Below, one piece after another: positions 1 to 10,797 of a stretch of DNA of 64,000 nt. Within the stretch, counting starts at the first letter, position 1. Each line of letters starts with the position of its first letter. The notes beneath the pieces were generated by a model. The model was not told where the DNA came from. It saw only the letters and a list, made by a program, of their open reading frames with translations, and did no database searches. A program made the position numbers and the translations under genes. Source of the stretch: Octopus sinensis (lineage: Eukaryota); the NCBI RefSeq assembly GCF_006345805.1, contig NC_043009.1, forward strand, positions 21,266,001-21,330,000, written 5' to 3'.

Positions 1-73
1 TAGCATGTAAGTAGTCCTGTGAATGGTCTCCATTTTGTGTATAAAAATATTTTATACATTCTTATATTTTGAA

Positions 74-107
<34 letters not shown>

Positions 108-135
108 ATAAAATCCTTAAAAAATCCTTTAAAAT

Positions 136-587
136 GTTTTAGCCCAAAGGCCGCGGCCATGCTGGGGCACCACCGCTGAATGAGCTACATTAATATGTGA
201 ATCCACCTCTGATACGTGGCACTTGGTCAACAAAGGGAGTTCGATGCCGCTGCCCGCATCTGTGTCTCTTGTCGTGAGGTAGGTTCATCTGGGGCCCCCG
301 ACAAGAAGAGATCCAGTTTAGTTTTAAAGAAACCCACATCCACACCATGCAAGTCTCTCAGGCATGTAGGGAGGATGTTAAAGAGCTGTGGTCCTCTGAA
401 ACCCAAGCTGTTGCAGTATCTGGTCCTGCATTTTGATGTTGATGTTGGAATCTTTGGTACCATGAAGAGGCGGTTGGGGTAACTTTCAATGCCAAAGACC
501 CTCCAAGATTTTCCAGATGTATTATATCACCGCATATCTCCCCTCCTTCGCTCTAGGGAGAAGTTTAATATTTTCAGTCTTTCCCAG

Positions 588-592
<5 letters not shown>
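136..592 (-). mobile_element. CR1/L2-type LINE, 3' fragment with terminal stem-loop tail
   Basis: C-terminal peptides YWERLK..FSLERRR and RYCNSLGFRGPQLFNILP...KLDLFLSGAPDEP. Tail GGTGGTGCCCCAGCATGGCCGCGGCCTTTGGGCTAAAAC at 136-174 (minus). Confidence 0.9.

Positions 593-672
<80 letters not shown>
590..672. repeat. (TA)n microsatellite
   Basis: Near-pure TA run. Similar tracts recur throughout, e.g. 4164-4740, 5293-5920, 20590-20928, 43870-44070, 61085-61220. Confidence 0.98.
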
Positions 673-675
<3 letters not shown>

Positions 676-1207
676 AATAAATATGAATATATATGAAACC
701 AACTTCAAAAATGAACACATATTCAACAACCCGTTCATAAAATTAAGTAAAACAAAACCAAATACTAACAGAACGGAACAACCACCAAGAAATCTAAACA
801 CACTCTACACCAGAAAAATACATTTAAAACGCACCCCCACACTACCTACACCAACCCCAAAACACTTACAGGGGCCCACCACACCATTTCGAGAACCAAA
901 GGGCTACAACATACAATTCTATGAAATACAATCCACATAACCAAACTAAGACTCCACCTCCAAACATCTACCCTAGGAACCAACCATACAAACCTAACAA
1001 ACAACAAATACAATACGGAAGAAACAACTATCAACACAATATACCTGATAAACTAAGACGGAACACGAGGTACAAAAACACACTACAAAACAGAGCACCA
1101 CAAACTCACTCTGAAAATTATAACAACAGGAGACAGATAAACAGTATTTTTGAACATAACTATACCAACCATTTTTTAGACCTAACACACAGGAACAGGG
1201 ATACACG

Positions 1208-3488
1208 ATGGCAACGGACAAACAAAAGAAACCACAGGTAATTAAAATAATCAATCTCTCGAATAAAGAACTTACACCTAACGAAATAAGCATACTTTCC
1301 AAAGGACTTGAATTTACACCAACCCCACAACGTTCTAATTACCATGAAATGAAAGATGATATTTCGGAATTTTGTAGGAAACTAAGACTTGCCGAGGAAT
1401 TTCATGGCAAACAAATAGATGATGAATCAATAGCTAGAAACAACAGCGATTACACCCCTACCAAGGGAAAGAATAAAACCTTAGACCGCTATTGTGACTA
1501 CATAACTAATTTCCCTTTTCAATTCACCAAGAAACAAAAACACAGCCAAAATTTTAACAAAAGAGAATGGAATGACCTCATCAAACTAAGAGAAGACAAA
1601 GCAATAACAATTAAGGAGGCAGATAAGGGCAACGCGGTAGTATTAATGAATACAAACGATTATAAAAATTTAGTGCTATCCCTATTAAGAGATGAAACGT
1701 ATTATGAAAGGGCCCAACAGTATAATCAGCCAAAAATAATGTATAACCTCAGGACATTAATCAACACATACCGAGAAGGACTCACGGACAAGGAGTACGA
1801 ATACATCACTAACTTTAAGTGCAAATCAAGTTTGTTCTACGGTATCCCTAAAGTCCACAAAAGCCAAATAATTAGTGAAACGTGCAAAACATATACTCAT
1901 TAAAATCCCTTCACCAAATGATCTTAAACTTAGACCGATAATAGCAGGCCCAGCATGTGAAACTCACCGCCTCCGCAATTTCTTGGACACACTTCTTAAA
2001 CCTTTCCTAAAGCACATCAAAAGCTACGTAAGAGACGATATAGACATGCTTAACCACCTCCCAAAAACAGTCAATGAGAAAACCCTTCTAGTATCCTTCG
2101 ACGTAATTAACCTTTATTCAAACATCCCTCATACCCTAGGAATAGAAGCGATCACTTTCTGGCTAAATAACTACTCCTTTGAACTCCCAACTCGCATAAA
2201 TAAAGAACTTATAATAGAAGGACTTAGATTTATTTTAGAAACCAATTACTTAATTTTTGACAATAATTTCTACAGACAAAGATCGGGAACAGCGATGGGC
2301 ACGCGTACTGCGCCTTCTTTTGCCAACCTAGTGATGGGATACCTCGAGAAAATACTCTACCAGAAAACACTCGAGAAATATGGAAACACCTTCTCCACCT
2401 ATATCCAGAACAACTGGAAAAGATACCTCGACGACTGCTTTATCCTCTTGGATAAAAGTATAGAGAAACTTGAGGAATTTAAAATACTATTAAATGGAAT
2501 AAATGATAATATTCAGTTCACGATGGATCATAACGAAGAAGAATTGCCATTTTTAGACATCCTCATTAAGAAAGCCGGCAACAAAATAGAGACAGATATC
2601 TATTATAAACCGACAGACTCCAAGCAGTACCTACCCTTTAATTCATGCCACCCAAGACACACTAGAATAAATGTCCCTTTTTGTTTAGCTAGAAGGATTT
2701 GCATCATAATATCAGACACAAACACCCGACACACACGTCTCCAGGAACTTAGAACTACACTCATAAATAGAAATTATCCACAGCCCCTAATAGACAGTGC
2801 AATCCAACGAGCACTTAAATTAAGTATAGAAGACCTGAGACAAACAAAACCAAAAAAGAAAGAAAAATTAAAAACCCTTCCCTGCATCTCTACACACAAC
2901 CCACTTAACAATGAGGCCTTCAGCACCATACTACAAAGCACAGCCCTACTAAAGGGAGACCCAAAGATGAACCGGATCCTCGAAACACACACCATCATTA
3001 AAAGTAAACGGCAACCAAAATCCTTGAAAAGGATTTTAACCCAAGCTAAACTGCATTCAACATCAACCATAAAACCAGCAGTTAGAAAATGTGGAAAGCC
3101 CAACTGCGGAATCTGTGTCATCTGGGTAGAAGGTTCAGAATTCATATTAGAACAAGGCCATCAGTTTACCATCAGAACAAACTTCACCTGTGAATCAGAA
3201 AACTTAATTTACGTCTTAACATGCGCAGGTTGCAATAGGCAGTATATAGGCCATACAAAAAATAGCTTACGTAAAAGGATGGCGGTGCATAAATCCCAAA
3301 TTAGAAGCCCTGAATACCGGAAAATACCAGTCAGTGGACACATAGATAGATGTGCTTCAAATAAAAATCCGAAATTTACAACTTGCCCACTTTACAAATT
3401 CAGTGACAGCGTAACCTTCACCCAACGCCAAAATAAAGAACTTTATTTCATCAAAAAATTTAGACCAAGTTTGAACACCCTGGGCTAG
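1208..3488 (+). pseudogene. PLE reverse transcriptase-GIY-YIG endonuclease ORF with one frameshift near 1890
   Basis: Motifs LSKGLEFTPTP, ADKGNAVV, YGIPKVHK, RPIIAG, SFDVINLYSNI, GTAMGT, WKRYLDDCF, LPFLDI, DIYYKPTD, CGKPNCGIC, NLIYVLTC..C..QYIGHT. Split between ORFs 1208-1903 and 1875-3488. Confidence 0.95.
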
Positions 3489-4063
3489 GAATATTAAAAC
3501 AAAACATTGGTCTTCCGAAAAGAAAAATGAAATTCTGCCACAACCACCACGATCACTACGACTGCTTCCACTATCACTACTACTACAACTACCGTGGTCA
3601 CTACAATTGCTACTACGATCAACAGTCTTCCACTACTGCTACTGCTACGGCCACAGCTTAACTGCTACAACCCCAACCACCACCACGGTTGCCAAAACTA
3701 TGACCAACAGTAACTGCTACTACTGCCATTTAAGCCACTGGACATACTGCTGCTGCTAGGACTGCCACAACTTAGCCGCTACAACCAATAAGCTGCTGCA
3801 ACCCAAACCACAACCACGGTTACTACTACTAAGACCAACAATCACTACTGCTGCTACCATTCCATTGGAACACAAGGAAACTAAAAAACAAGCACGCGGT
3901 TCCTGTTGATACCAGCAAGAAACAATAATGAACTTCTTTACTACACTCAACTTGATATTTATAGCTTTAATACCTACTACCGACAAAACACCACCACATG
4001 GATTCTATTGAGACCAGTAAGAAACAATTATGAACTTTTCTATTACACTTTTCTTTTTATAAT

Positions 4064-4108
4064 ATTTTTGATAAGGTTCGTTTTTTCAAGAACCGAAACA
4101 TGTAAAAT
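4064..4108 (+). ncRNA. Minimal type I hammerhead ribozyme, U3-A8 variant
   Basis: attt-TTGATAA-ggttc(loop)gaacc-GAAA-CATGTA-aaat. Helix I is 4 A-U bp, stem II is 5 bp, palindromic ACATGT stem III, GUA cleavage triplet. Confidence 0.7.
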
Positions 4109-4256
4109 TCATAACAAAATTAAAATTTATCTGATATAGTGGCGTTTTCAAACTTCTTTTTTACAAATATATATATATATATATACATGTATAGGCTTTG
4201 AATGACCCGTTTGTCTTTTTGTTCGTGTATTTCACGTTATTTATTTATGTAAAGGT

Positions 4257-4317
<61 letters not shown>

Positions 4318-4328
4318 ATATATAATAT

Positions 4329-4408
<80 letters not shown>

Positions 4409-4481
4409 TATGTATATATATATATGTATATATATATGTATATGTATATATATATGTATATATATATGTATATATATATAA

Positions 4482-4521
<40 letters not shown>

Positions 4522-4740
4522 GTATGTATATATATATATATGTATGTATGAATGTATTTATATATGCATGTATGTATATATATATATGTGCGTGTGTGTG
4601 TGTGTGTATGTATATATATATATGTATGTATATATATATATGTATGTATATATATATATATGTGTGTGTGTGTATATGTGTGTCTATATATATGTGTATG
4701 TATATATATATATATGTATGTATATATATATATGTATGTA

Positions 4741-5292
4741 TAATAGAAATATTAAACTTACTAAGTCTCTCTAAAGGAGATTACGGCAGCGTTACTGGAT
4801 GTTAATAGTTATCGCCCTACTAATATGGCAGTCTATAAATAAGACTAAAGCTGTCGCTGATTAGCTCCAAGAGGCCACCGCCTCTAGCTAGCTATATGAC
4901 ACACGAACCTGCGTCCATTACAACCTTCGAACAGGGGAGGTCAGCCGCTTCACCTTGCTAGTCAGACATCTGCAGACATGTTTCAGGGTTGTTGCCCTTT
5001 ATCAATGCAGCGTAGTCAGAACCAGCAGGTGTCGCTACTGAGCGTCTGTTCGAAGATTTTATTTGCCTAGTTACAGTGGAATACATCCACTTGTTTTCAA
5101 TAATAGAAATATTAAAATTACTATGTCTCTCTAAAAGAGATTACAGCGGCGTTACTGGATATTAATAGTTATCGCCATACTAATATGGCAGTCTATAAAT
5201 AAGACTAAAGCTGTCACTGATTAGCTCCAAGAGGTCACCGCCTCTAGCTAGCTATATGACACACGAACCTGCGTCCATTACAACCTTCGAAC
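4741..5292 (-). mobile_element. PLE pLTR-like partial tandem: 360-bp unit plus a truncated second copy
   Basis: 4741-4932 recurs at 5101-5292 with an exact 360-bp period. The unit contains an HHR. Confidence 0.8.
4970..5010 (-). ncRNA. Minimal type I hammerhead ribozyme, U3-A8 variant
   Basis: Minus strand reads ctgca-TTGATAA-aggg caacaa ccct-GAAA-CATGTC-tgcag. Helix I is 5 bp, stem II is 4 bp, GUC triplet. Confidence 0.8.
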
Positions 5293-5565
5293 ATATATAT
5301 GTATATATATAAATGTATATATATATATGTATATATATATATATGTATGTATATGTATGTATATATATGTATATATATGTGTAAATATATGTATATGTAT
5401 ATATATATATGTAAATATATATATATATATATATGTATATATATGTATATATATGTATACATATGTATACATATATGTATATATATGTATATATATATAT
5501 GTAAATATATGTATATATATATATGTAAATATATGTATATATATATATATTATATGTATATATAT

Positions 5566-5598
<33 letters not shown>

Positions 5599-5633
5599 GT
5601 ATATATATATGTATATATATGTATATGTATATG

Positions 5634-5664
<31 letters not shown>

Positions 5665-5741
5665 GTATACATATGTATATGTATATGTATATATATATGT
5701 ATATATATGTATATATATGTATATATATATGTATATATATG

Positions 5742-5848
<107 letters not shown>

Positions 5849-5866
5849 GTATTATATGTATATATA

Positions 5867-5906
<40 letters not shown>

Positions 5907-5924
5907 TATATATATATGTATTAA

Positions 5925-6606
5925 TAACATCAATTTAAAACACCAAGTGGTCTAGCGTAAAAAAACTGTGATACAGTAAAAATTATTAATACAAGCAATA
6001 AGAGAGGGACCACATGTGGTCACTCTAACGCTAGAAATAGATCCGCAAAGGGAATCCACCACTAAAGAATTGTTCACAAGCAGTAATTCAACACGCTAAG
6101 AAATGTAAGCGGGCAGGACAAATGAAAAATAACGAAAAAATGGATTAACTCTATACATCGTTAATAGATTGTGTAATTTTACTTACAATAAACTACTTGG
6201 TGTCTTAAATTGATGTTATTAATTAATATTCAATTTTTCCACCCTTATTGTGATTTTAAATATAAATTAATATGTTCTCAAACCGGCAGTAAATTACTGG
6301 GGTAGTATTTACATCCGGTAGTTTCAACGCGCCAGAAATGAGGATATTTGAACGTAACTACAAGTATAATCGGCAGTGCCGTTCGCCTTTGCTCGGCTTC
6401 GTATTGATTTTGGCGTTCGGTTCAGCAAATTATATTTTTGATATACTCTACCGAGGATTTTTTCGTTATTTTTTATTTGTCCTGCCCGCTTACATTTTTT
6501 AGCGTGTTGAATTAATGCTTGAGAACAATTCTTTAGTGGTGGATTCCCTTTGCGGATCTATTTCTTGCGTTAGAGTGACCACATGTGGTCCCTCTCTTAT
6601 TGCTTA
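5925..6606. repeat. Nested inverted repeats (MITE-like or inverted pLTR pieces)
   Basis: About 5995-6140 is the reverse complement of about 6460-6605, and 5925-5955 of 6192-6222. The latter resembles the end of the 31711 pLTR unit. Confidence 0.65.
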
Positions 6607-6706
6607 TATATATATGTATATATAATCAAAATAAGCAACAAGAATGACTCCGGTAATTTGGTACAATTGTTTCGCACTACATCATTTTATTAAAAGTTGT
6701 AAGCAT

Positions 6707-6980
6707 TGTGGTTGATGAAAGGAGCACAACAGAACAAGGAAAAAGGAAACAGAAGTGCGATAAGGTCTTACCTGACTGGGGATGAAGTCGGATGGCCTTC
6801 AGCCAACTTGCTCGCGTCTCGTCGTCTCGGCGCCTTGCTGGGGTCTGTCGCAACCGGTCGATGCCGCACGTGCGTTGAGTCCGTCGCTTCCGCTTCCGCC
6901 GGCGCATGCGCCCTGCAAGACCTGTAAGCATCACTTCCGCTCCCACCCGTCCCGTCACACTCCTTAATCATTACACCACA
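6707..6980 (-). repeat. 3' LTR of the gypsy element
   Basis: Direct repeat of 10524-10797 with TG...CA termini. Confidence 0.97.
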
Positions 6981-6990
6981 CGCCCCCCTG
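6981..6990 (-). other. Polypurine tract
   Basis: CAGGGGGGCG immediately precedes the 3' LTR on the minus strand. The old copy has AGTGGGGCG at 56040-56048. Confidence 0.75.
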
Positions 6991-7016
6991 ATCTATAGAT
7001 CACTGAACCGGCTTCC

Positions 7017-9768
7017 TCACTCGCTCCCGCACCCGAAACTGGTTTCATAATCAGCCAACCAGGGTGGAGGGTGCCGCTCCCTCTGTGGTCGCAGCGCGAC
7101 CCTAGGACTTGTTTCTGGTGTGTTGCTGTCGACCTCGTCATCCTGTCGGTTGTTTTCGTCTTGCCCACTGTTGCTTGTCCCATCCTCTGGGGCATGGACA
7201 ATCCTCCGTATGTCCAAAACGTGGCGTGGCATACCATCGATGGAGATGTTATTCTTCGAATTTACGGAGGTTATTGTCCCCTTTCCCCACTGCGATGTAC
7301 ACCGTGCGTTTGGTGGTTTTACCCAGACTTCCTCCCCGACCCGCACGAAGGCGTGCTCTTCCTCTGCCCCGGGTTGCATTGATGTAGTACACGGATGCCT
7401 CCACTCGTACCTGAATATTGCTCTCTGCGGCACAGATTCCTCAGCCTGTCCGGATCGGGGAGACAAGTTGTACCAAAAAACTGCTTCAAGCGGCGAAATG
7501 TGCCCTCTTTCCGCTATGGCCTTGACTGTCCGATGGTGCCTCTCCACGATCCCGTTACCGCCCGGCCTATACGCTGCTCTGAACAAGCGTCGCACGTTCC
7601 ACCGATCAAGCATAACCCTCAATGCTTCCGAACGAAATGCCGCCCCGTTGTCCATCAGTAGTTCTTCCACGGGACCTCTCTCTAAAAATATCCCGTTCAG
7701 GATCTGCACGATCTCGTCAGCAATGCCCGATCTCAACTCCCTCCAAATGGCCAGCCGGCCCGGCCCACAGTCGACCATGGAGAGGTACATTCGCTGACGG
7801 TAGTGTGTCACATCCACAGCTAGCCTTTTCCAGTTCTGCTCCACGGAAAGGCTTCCCTGTTCATGCCCACACGGAGCAGGGTCGATGGACTGACACCTGT
7901 CGCAGCTCCCGACCACCTTCCGGACGCTTCTCCTGGTCACGTCAGCATCAATCTTTTTGCCAGATACAGGGTCCTGTCCACACCCAGGTGATGCATAGCG
8001 TGCAGTTTCTTCAGCTCAGAGTCATCCAACCGACACGCCGCAGCTATCCCTCTCCGCGCCTCCTCCGGTTCTTCCAACCACGCCCTTTTCACCCTGGTCA
8101 GTACGTCCGCCTTGTTTTTCTCCGAAGGCACGAAGACCACGTTCAGCTTCAGTCCGAATTCGGCGATCAATTCACCTAGAACTCCTAGACGGTGCTTCAC
8201 TAACATCTCCGCAGCACCTTTCGTCCGCACTCTCCTGTCACCGGTGATCACTGATCCTACCCAGCCAAGCACAGTGGCCGAATCCGTCCGCATTTCAATC
8301 GTGCGCAGCCCCCATTTCAAGGCCAAGTTCACCCCTTTCAGCAGCGCGTCTAGTTCGGCGACATTGATGTCGTTGAAATCATCTGCTTTCCGAAGCCAGG
8401 CCGCGTCCTCCACCGCAGTGCCTTCGATTGCCAACACCACCCCTATCGCTATACTGCTAGCATCACACCAGACAGTCCTGCATTTCGTCCTGGGCACGTA
8501 CCAGTTCCCTCTGACCGGGTCTTCCGCTCTTGTCCTCTCTAGGATCTCCTGCATCATCGCCACCGTCCCTTCTCCCACCTTGTCGCCCCACCTCTCTCCT
8601 TCTGCTCGTCTCTTGGTGTAACTACACGCCGTGCGCAGCCATCCAGCGATCGGGTAGTGACCGACCAACTTCCCACACACCGAGAACAGCTCTCTCCTGC
8701 TGACGCTGGAACTCAGCTCTGGGATTTCATTTCCTCTCCGGAACACCAATTCACCTGATCTATCTCTTCGCAGCTTCAGCCCCAGCGCGGCTCCCCCTTC
8801 AATCGACTCCGGTGGCTTAGCAATCAGTCCGAACTTCTCCAGATGTCTCACTACCTCGTCGGCTGGCACTACAGTTTCGTCCACCAAAATGTCGTCAAAG
8901 TAGGAGCTGGTGCCGATCTCAAGTCGACAATTGTCGCTGCCTCAGTCGACTGTCTCCACTTGCGTAATGCCTCACCACAAACGTCTGTCGCCTCACCTCC
9001 CGTGTGACACGATATGTGCTGGTTTAGCTCCCTGAAGTCCAGCACCGGTCTGACTTTTCCCTTCGTAGGCTGCACCACCGCCATCAGGGGTAGCACTCCG
9101 CCCGCTACCTCCTCCTTCCAAGGGACAAGGACCCCTTCCTCGATCCACCTCTCCACCTCGTCTTCAAACTCAACCCTGGCGTGGCCTTTCAGGGTATGCT
9201 GGTAACAGCTCACCCTGTTCTCCAGTGTCGGGGGCTCGTCCTTCCATTTCCACTCTATTGTCCACCGCTGACCATCGAACGCCGCCTGAAAGTCTTTGTC
9301 CTCGATGGTGTAAGCGGCGCAGTCCCTCGCGGGGCTCTGCTTCCTCTGGTGATCCTGACTCGCAGTGCACGACGCCCCCACGCTTCCGAACGTGACCTTA
9401 TTTCCCACAACGCTGACGCCACCGAGGCAGTTGATGGCGTCCATCCCCATCACCACATCAACTCCATTTATCACGCGTTCGGCCACAATTGCCTGTAGCC
9501 TTAGCGTCGCGCCGCGCACCACTATCTCTACCTTGCTGCTGCCTCTGCAACGGATTTCGCTGCCGTCGACCGCCCGGACACTACACACCCCGTTCCATTC
9601 CTTCGTCACCCTCGAAGTCACCAGGGTGGTCGTACAGCCCGTATCCACAAGGGCCTTGAACGTCTCCCCCTCGGCCTCCACGTCAATCACTGGCAGTGTC
9701 TCCAATAGCGCCTCTACTCGTTTGAGGGGAAAGTTCGAGAGGCAGCAACTTCCCCGCGGTCGTTTCCC
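7017..9768 (-). pseudogene. pol: pol (protease, RT, RNase H, integrase), disrupted
   Basis: ALVDTGCTT (PR); VRPVLDFRELN and SSYFDDILV (RT); WCDASS..AELDA..RTDS..NKADVLTR (RH); HAMHHLG..CDRC, VDVTH, LLMDNG, NGIVERHHRT (IN). About 170-nt RT deletion near 8910 and a 1-nt frameshift in the A-run near 7956. Confidence 0.93.
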
Positions 9769-10478
9769 TGGCCGCAATCACGGGCAATGTGCCCTGTCTG
9801 CCTGCATCGATAGCAAACGAGCCCCGGCTGCGTACAGTCCCGCGCCATGTGCGGTCCCTGGCATTTAAAACATCGTCCTGAGAACGGCCGCTCTCGTTGC
9901 ACGGTGGGCTTCCGTACCTCTTTCTCGGGACGTCGTCCGTCTTTACGCGCCTCCGTCACCGCCATCGCTATCCCCTTCCGCCCCGAGTGTCTCGTCAACC
10001 CGCGAGCATGAGTTACAAGTTCGCTCAATGGCATCTTTTTGACCCCGGGCAGTCGTTGTAGGTGAATCCCTACATCATCGGGGAACCCATTTACGAATGC
10101 CAGTCGTGCTGCTCTCTCCAGTCCTTCTCCGGCAAACCCGGCCAGAGTCGCTAGCCTTCTAGCTTCCGATGCAAAATCATCCACCTGGCCTCCCGTCCAC
10201 CTGATTGCACCCAGCTTAGCGAAAGCTGTGTATTCGCATTCCGTGTATGCGTCACACAAGCGCCGCTCTATATTCCCATCGCAGAGCCGTTCTTTTTCAT
10301 CCATCTCTAGGTAAAGCGACAACGCACTTCCTTCCAAATACAGGGCAATAAGACTCGCCACGTCGCTTATGCCCTGCAGTCTCGCCACCAGCCTGATTTT
10401 CTGAATCCAGGCCACTACATCGCCTTCGCCGTTAAAAGGTCTGACGACGTCACTGGCGATCCTAATTTTTGCAGACAT
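9714..10478 (-). CDS. gag: Gag, 254 aa, two CCHC zinc knuckles
   Basis: Starts MSAKIRIASD; contains CFKCQGPHMARDC and CYRCRQTGHIARDC. Confidence 0.9.
   Translation of the reverse strand: MSAKIRIASDVVRPFNGEGDVVAWIQKIRLVARLQGISDVASLIALYLEGSALSLYLEMDEKERLCDGNIERRLCDAYTECEYTAFAKLGAIRWTGGQVDDFASEARRLATLAGFAGEGLERAARLAFVNGFPDDVGIHLQRLPGVKKMPLSELVTHARGLTRHSGRKGIAMAVTEARKDGRRPEKEVRKPTVQRERPFSGRCFKCQGPHMARDCTQPGLVCYRCRQTGHIARDCGQGNDRGEVAASRTFPSNE
9726..9768 (-). promoter_or_regulatory. Predicted -1 ribosomal frameshift signal (gag-pol)
   Basis: G GGA AAC in gag phase, a 6-nt spacer, then hairpin GGGGAAGTT/AACTTTCCCC. The -1 frame reads PGKRPRGSC, the start of the pol ORF. Confidence 0.8.
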
Positions 10479-10511
10479 CGTGTTGAAAAAAAATGTGAAC
10501 GCTGACGAATT

Positions 10512-10523
10512 GCCGAGATAGCT
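10512..10523 (-). other. Putative primer-binding site AGCTATCTCGGC (non-TGG)
   Basis: Directly abuts the 5' LTR. Reverse complement GCCGAGATAGCT matches the 5' end of metazoan tRNA-Phe as I recall it. Conserved in the second family at 52514-52525. Confidence 0.7.
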
Positions 10524-10797
10524 TGTGGTTGATGAAAGGAGCACAACAGAACAAGGAAAAAGGAAACAGAAGTGCGATAAGGTCTTACCTGACTGGGGAT
10601 GAAGTCGGATGGCCTTCAGCCAACTTGCTCGCGTCTCGTCGTCTCGGCGCCTTGCTGGGGTCTGTCGCAACCGGTCGATGCCGCACGTGCTTTGAGTCCG
10701 TCGCTTCCGCTTCCGCCGGCGCATGCGCCCTGCAAGACCTGTAAGCATCACTTCCGCTCCCACCCGTCCCGTCACACTCCTTCATCATTACACCACA
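10524..10797 (-). repeat. 5' LTR of the gypsy element
   Basis: Direct repeat of 6707-6980. Confidence 0.97.

Larger units (their letters stand above)
680..4135 (+). mobile_element. Penelope-like element (C-terminal GIY-YIG; Neptune-like by its CxxxxCxxC linker)
   Basis: PLE RT plus GIY-YIG ORF, an (ACT/GCT)-rich 3' region and a terminal HHR motif, flanked by TA tracts. Confidence 0.92.
6707..10797 (-). mobile_element. Young compact Ty3/gypsy LTR retrotransposon (4091 bp), internally deleted in RT
   Basis: Two 274-bp LTRs (TGTGG...CCACA) differing at 2 positions. AGCAT TSD at 6702-6706 and 10798-10802. Domain order gag-PR-RT-RH-IN. Confidence 0.97.

Noticed and set aside
5996-6045. Hammerhead-like hairpin GAG-GGACCACATGTGGTC-A-CTC in the inverted repeat arms
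   Set aside because: Both CUGANGA and GAAA boxes are absent or broken.
10640-10655. Tf1-style self-priming via GCCGAGA in the LTR
   Set aside because: Only 7 of 12 nt are complementary and the second family's LTR lacks a sense-strand equivalent. Kept only as an alternative to test.
10479-10775. N-terminal extension of the 353-aa gag ORF through the LTR, and ORFs 6677-6958 and 6706-6927
   Set aside because: GC-rich LTR sequence open by chance. Homology with the second family begins at MSAKIRI/MAAKIRI.
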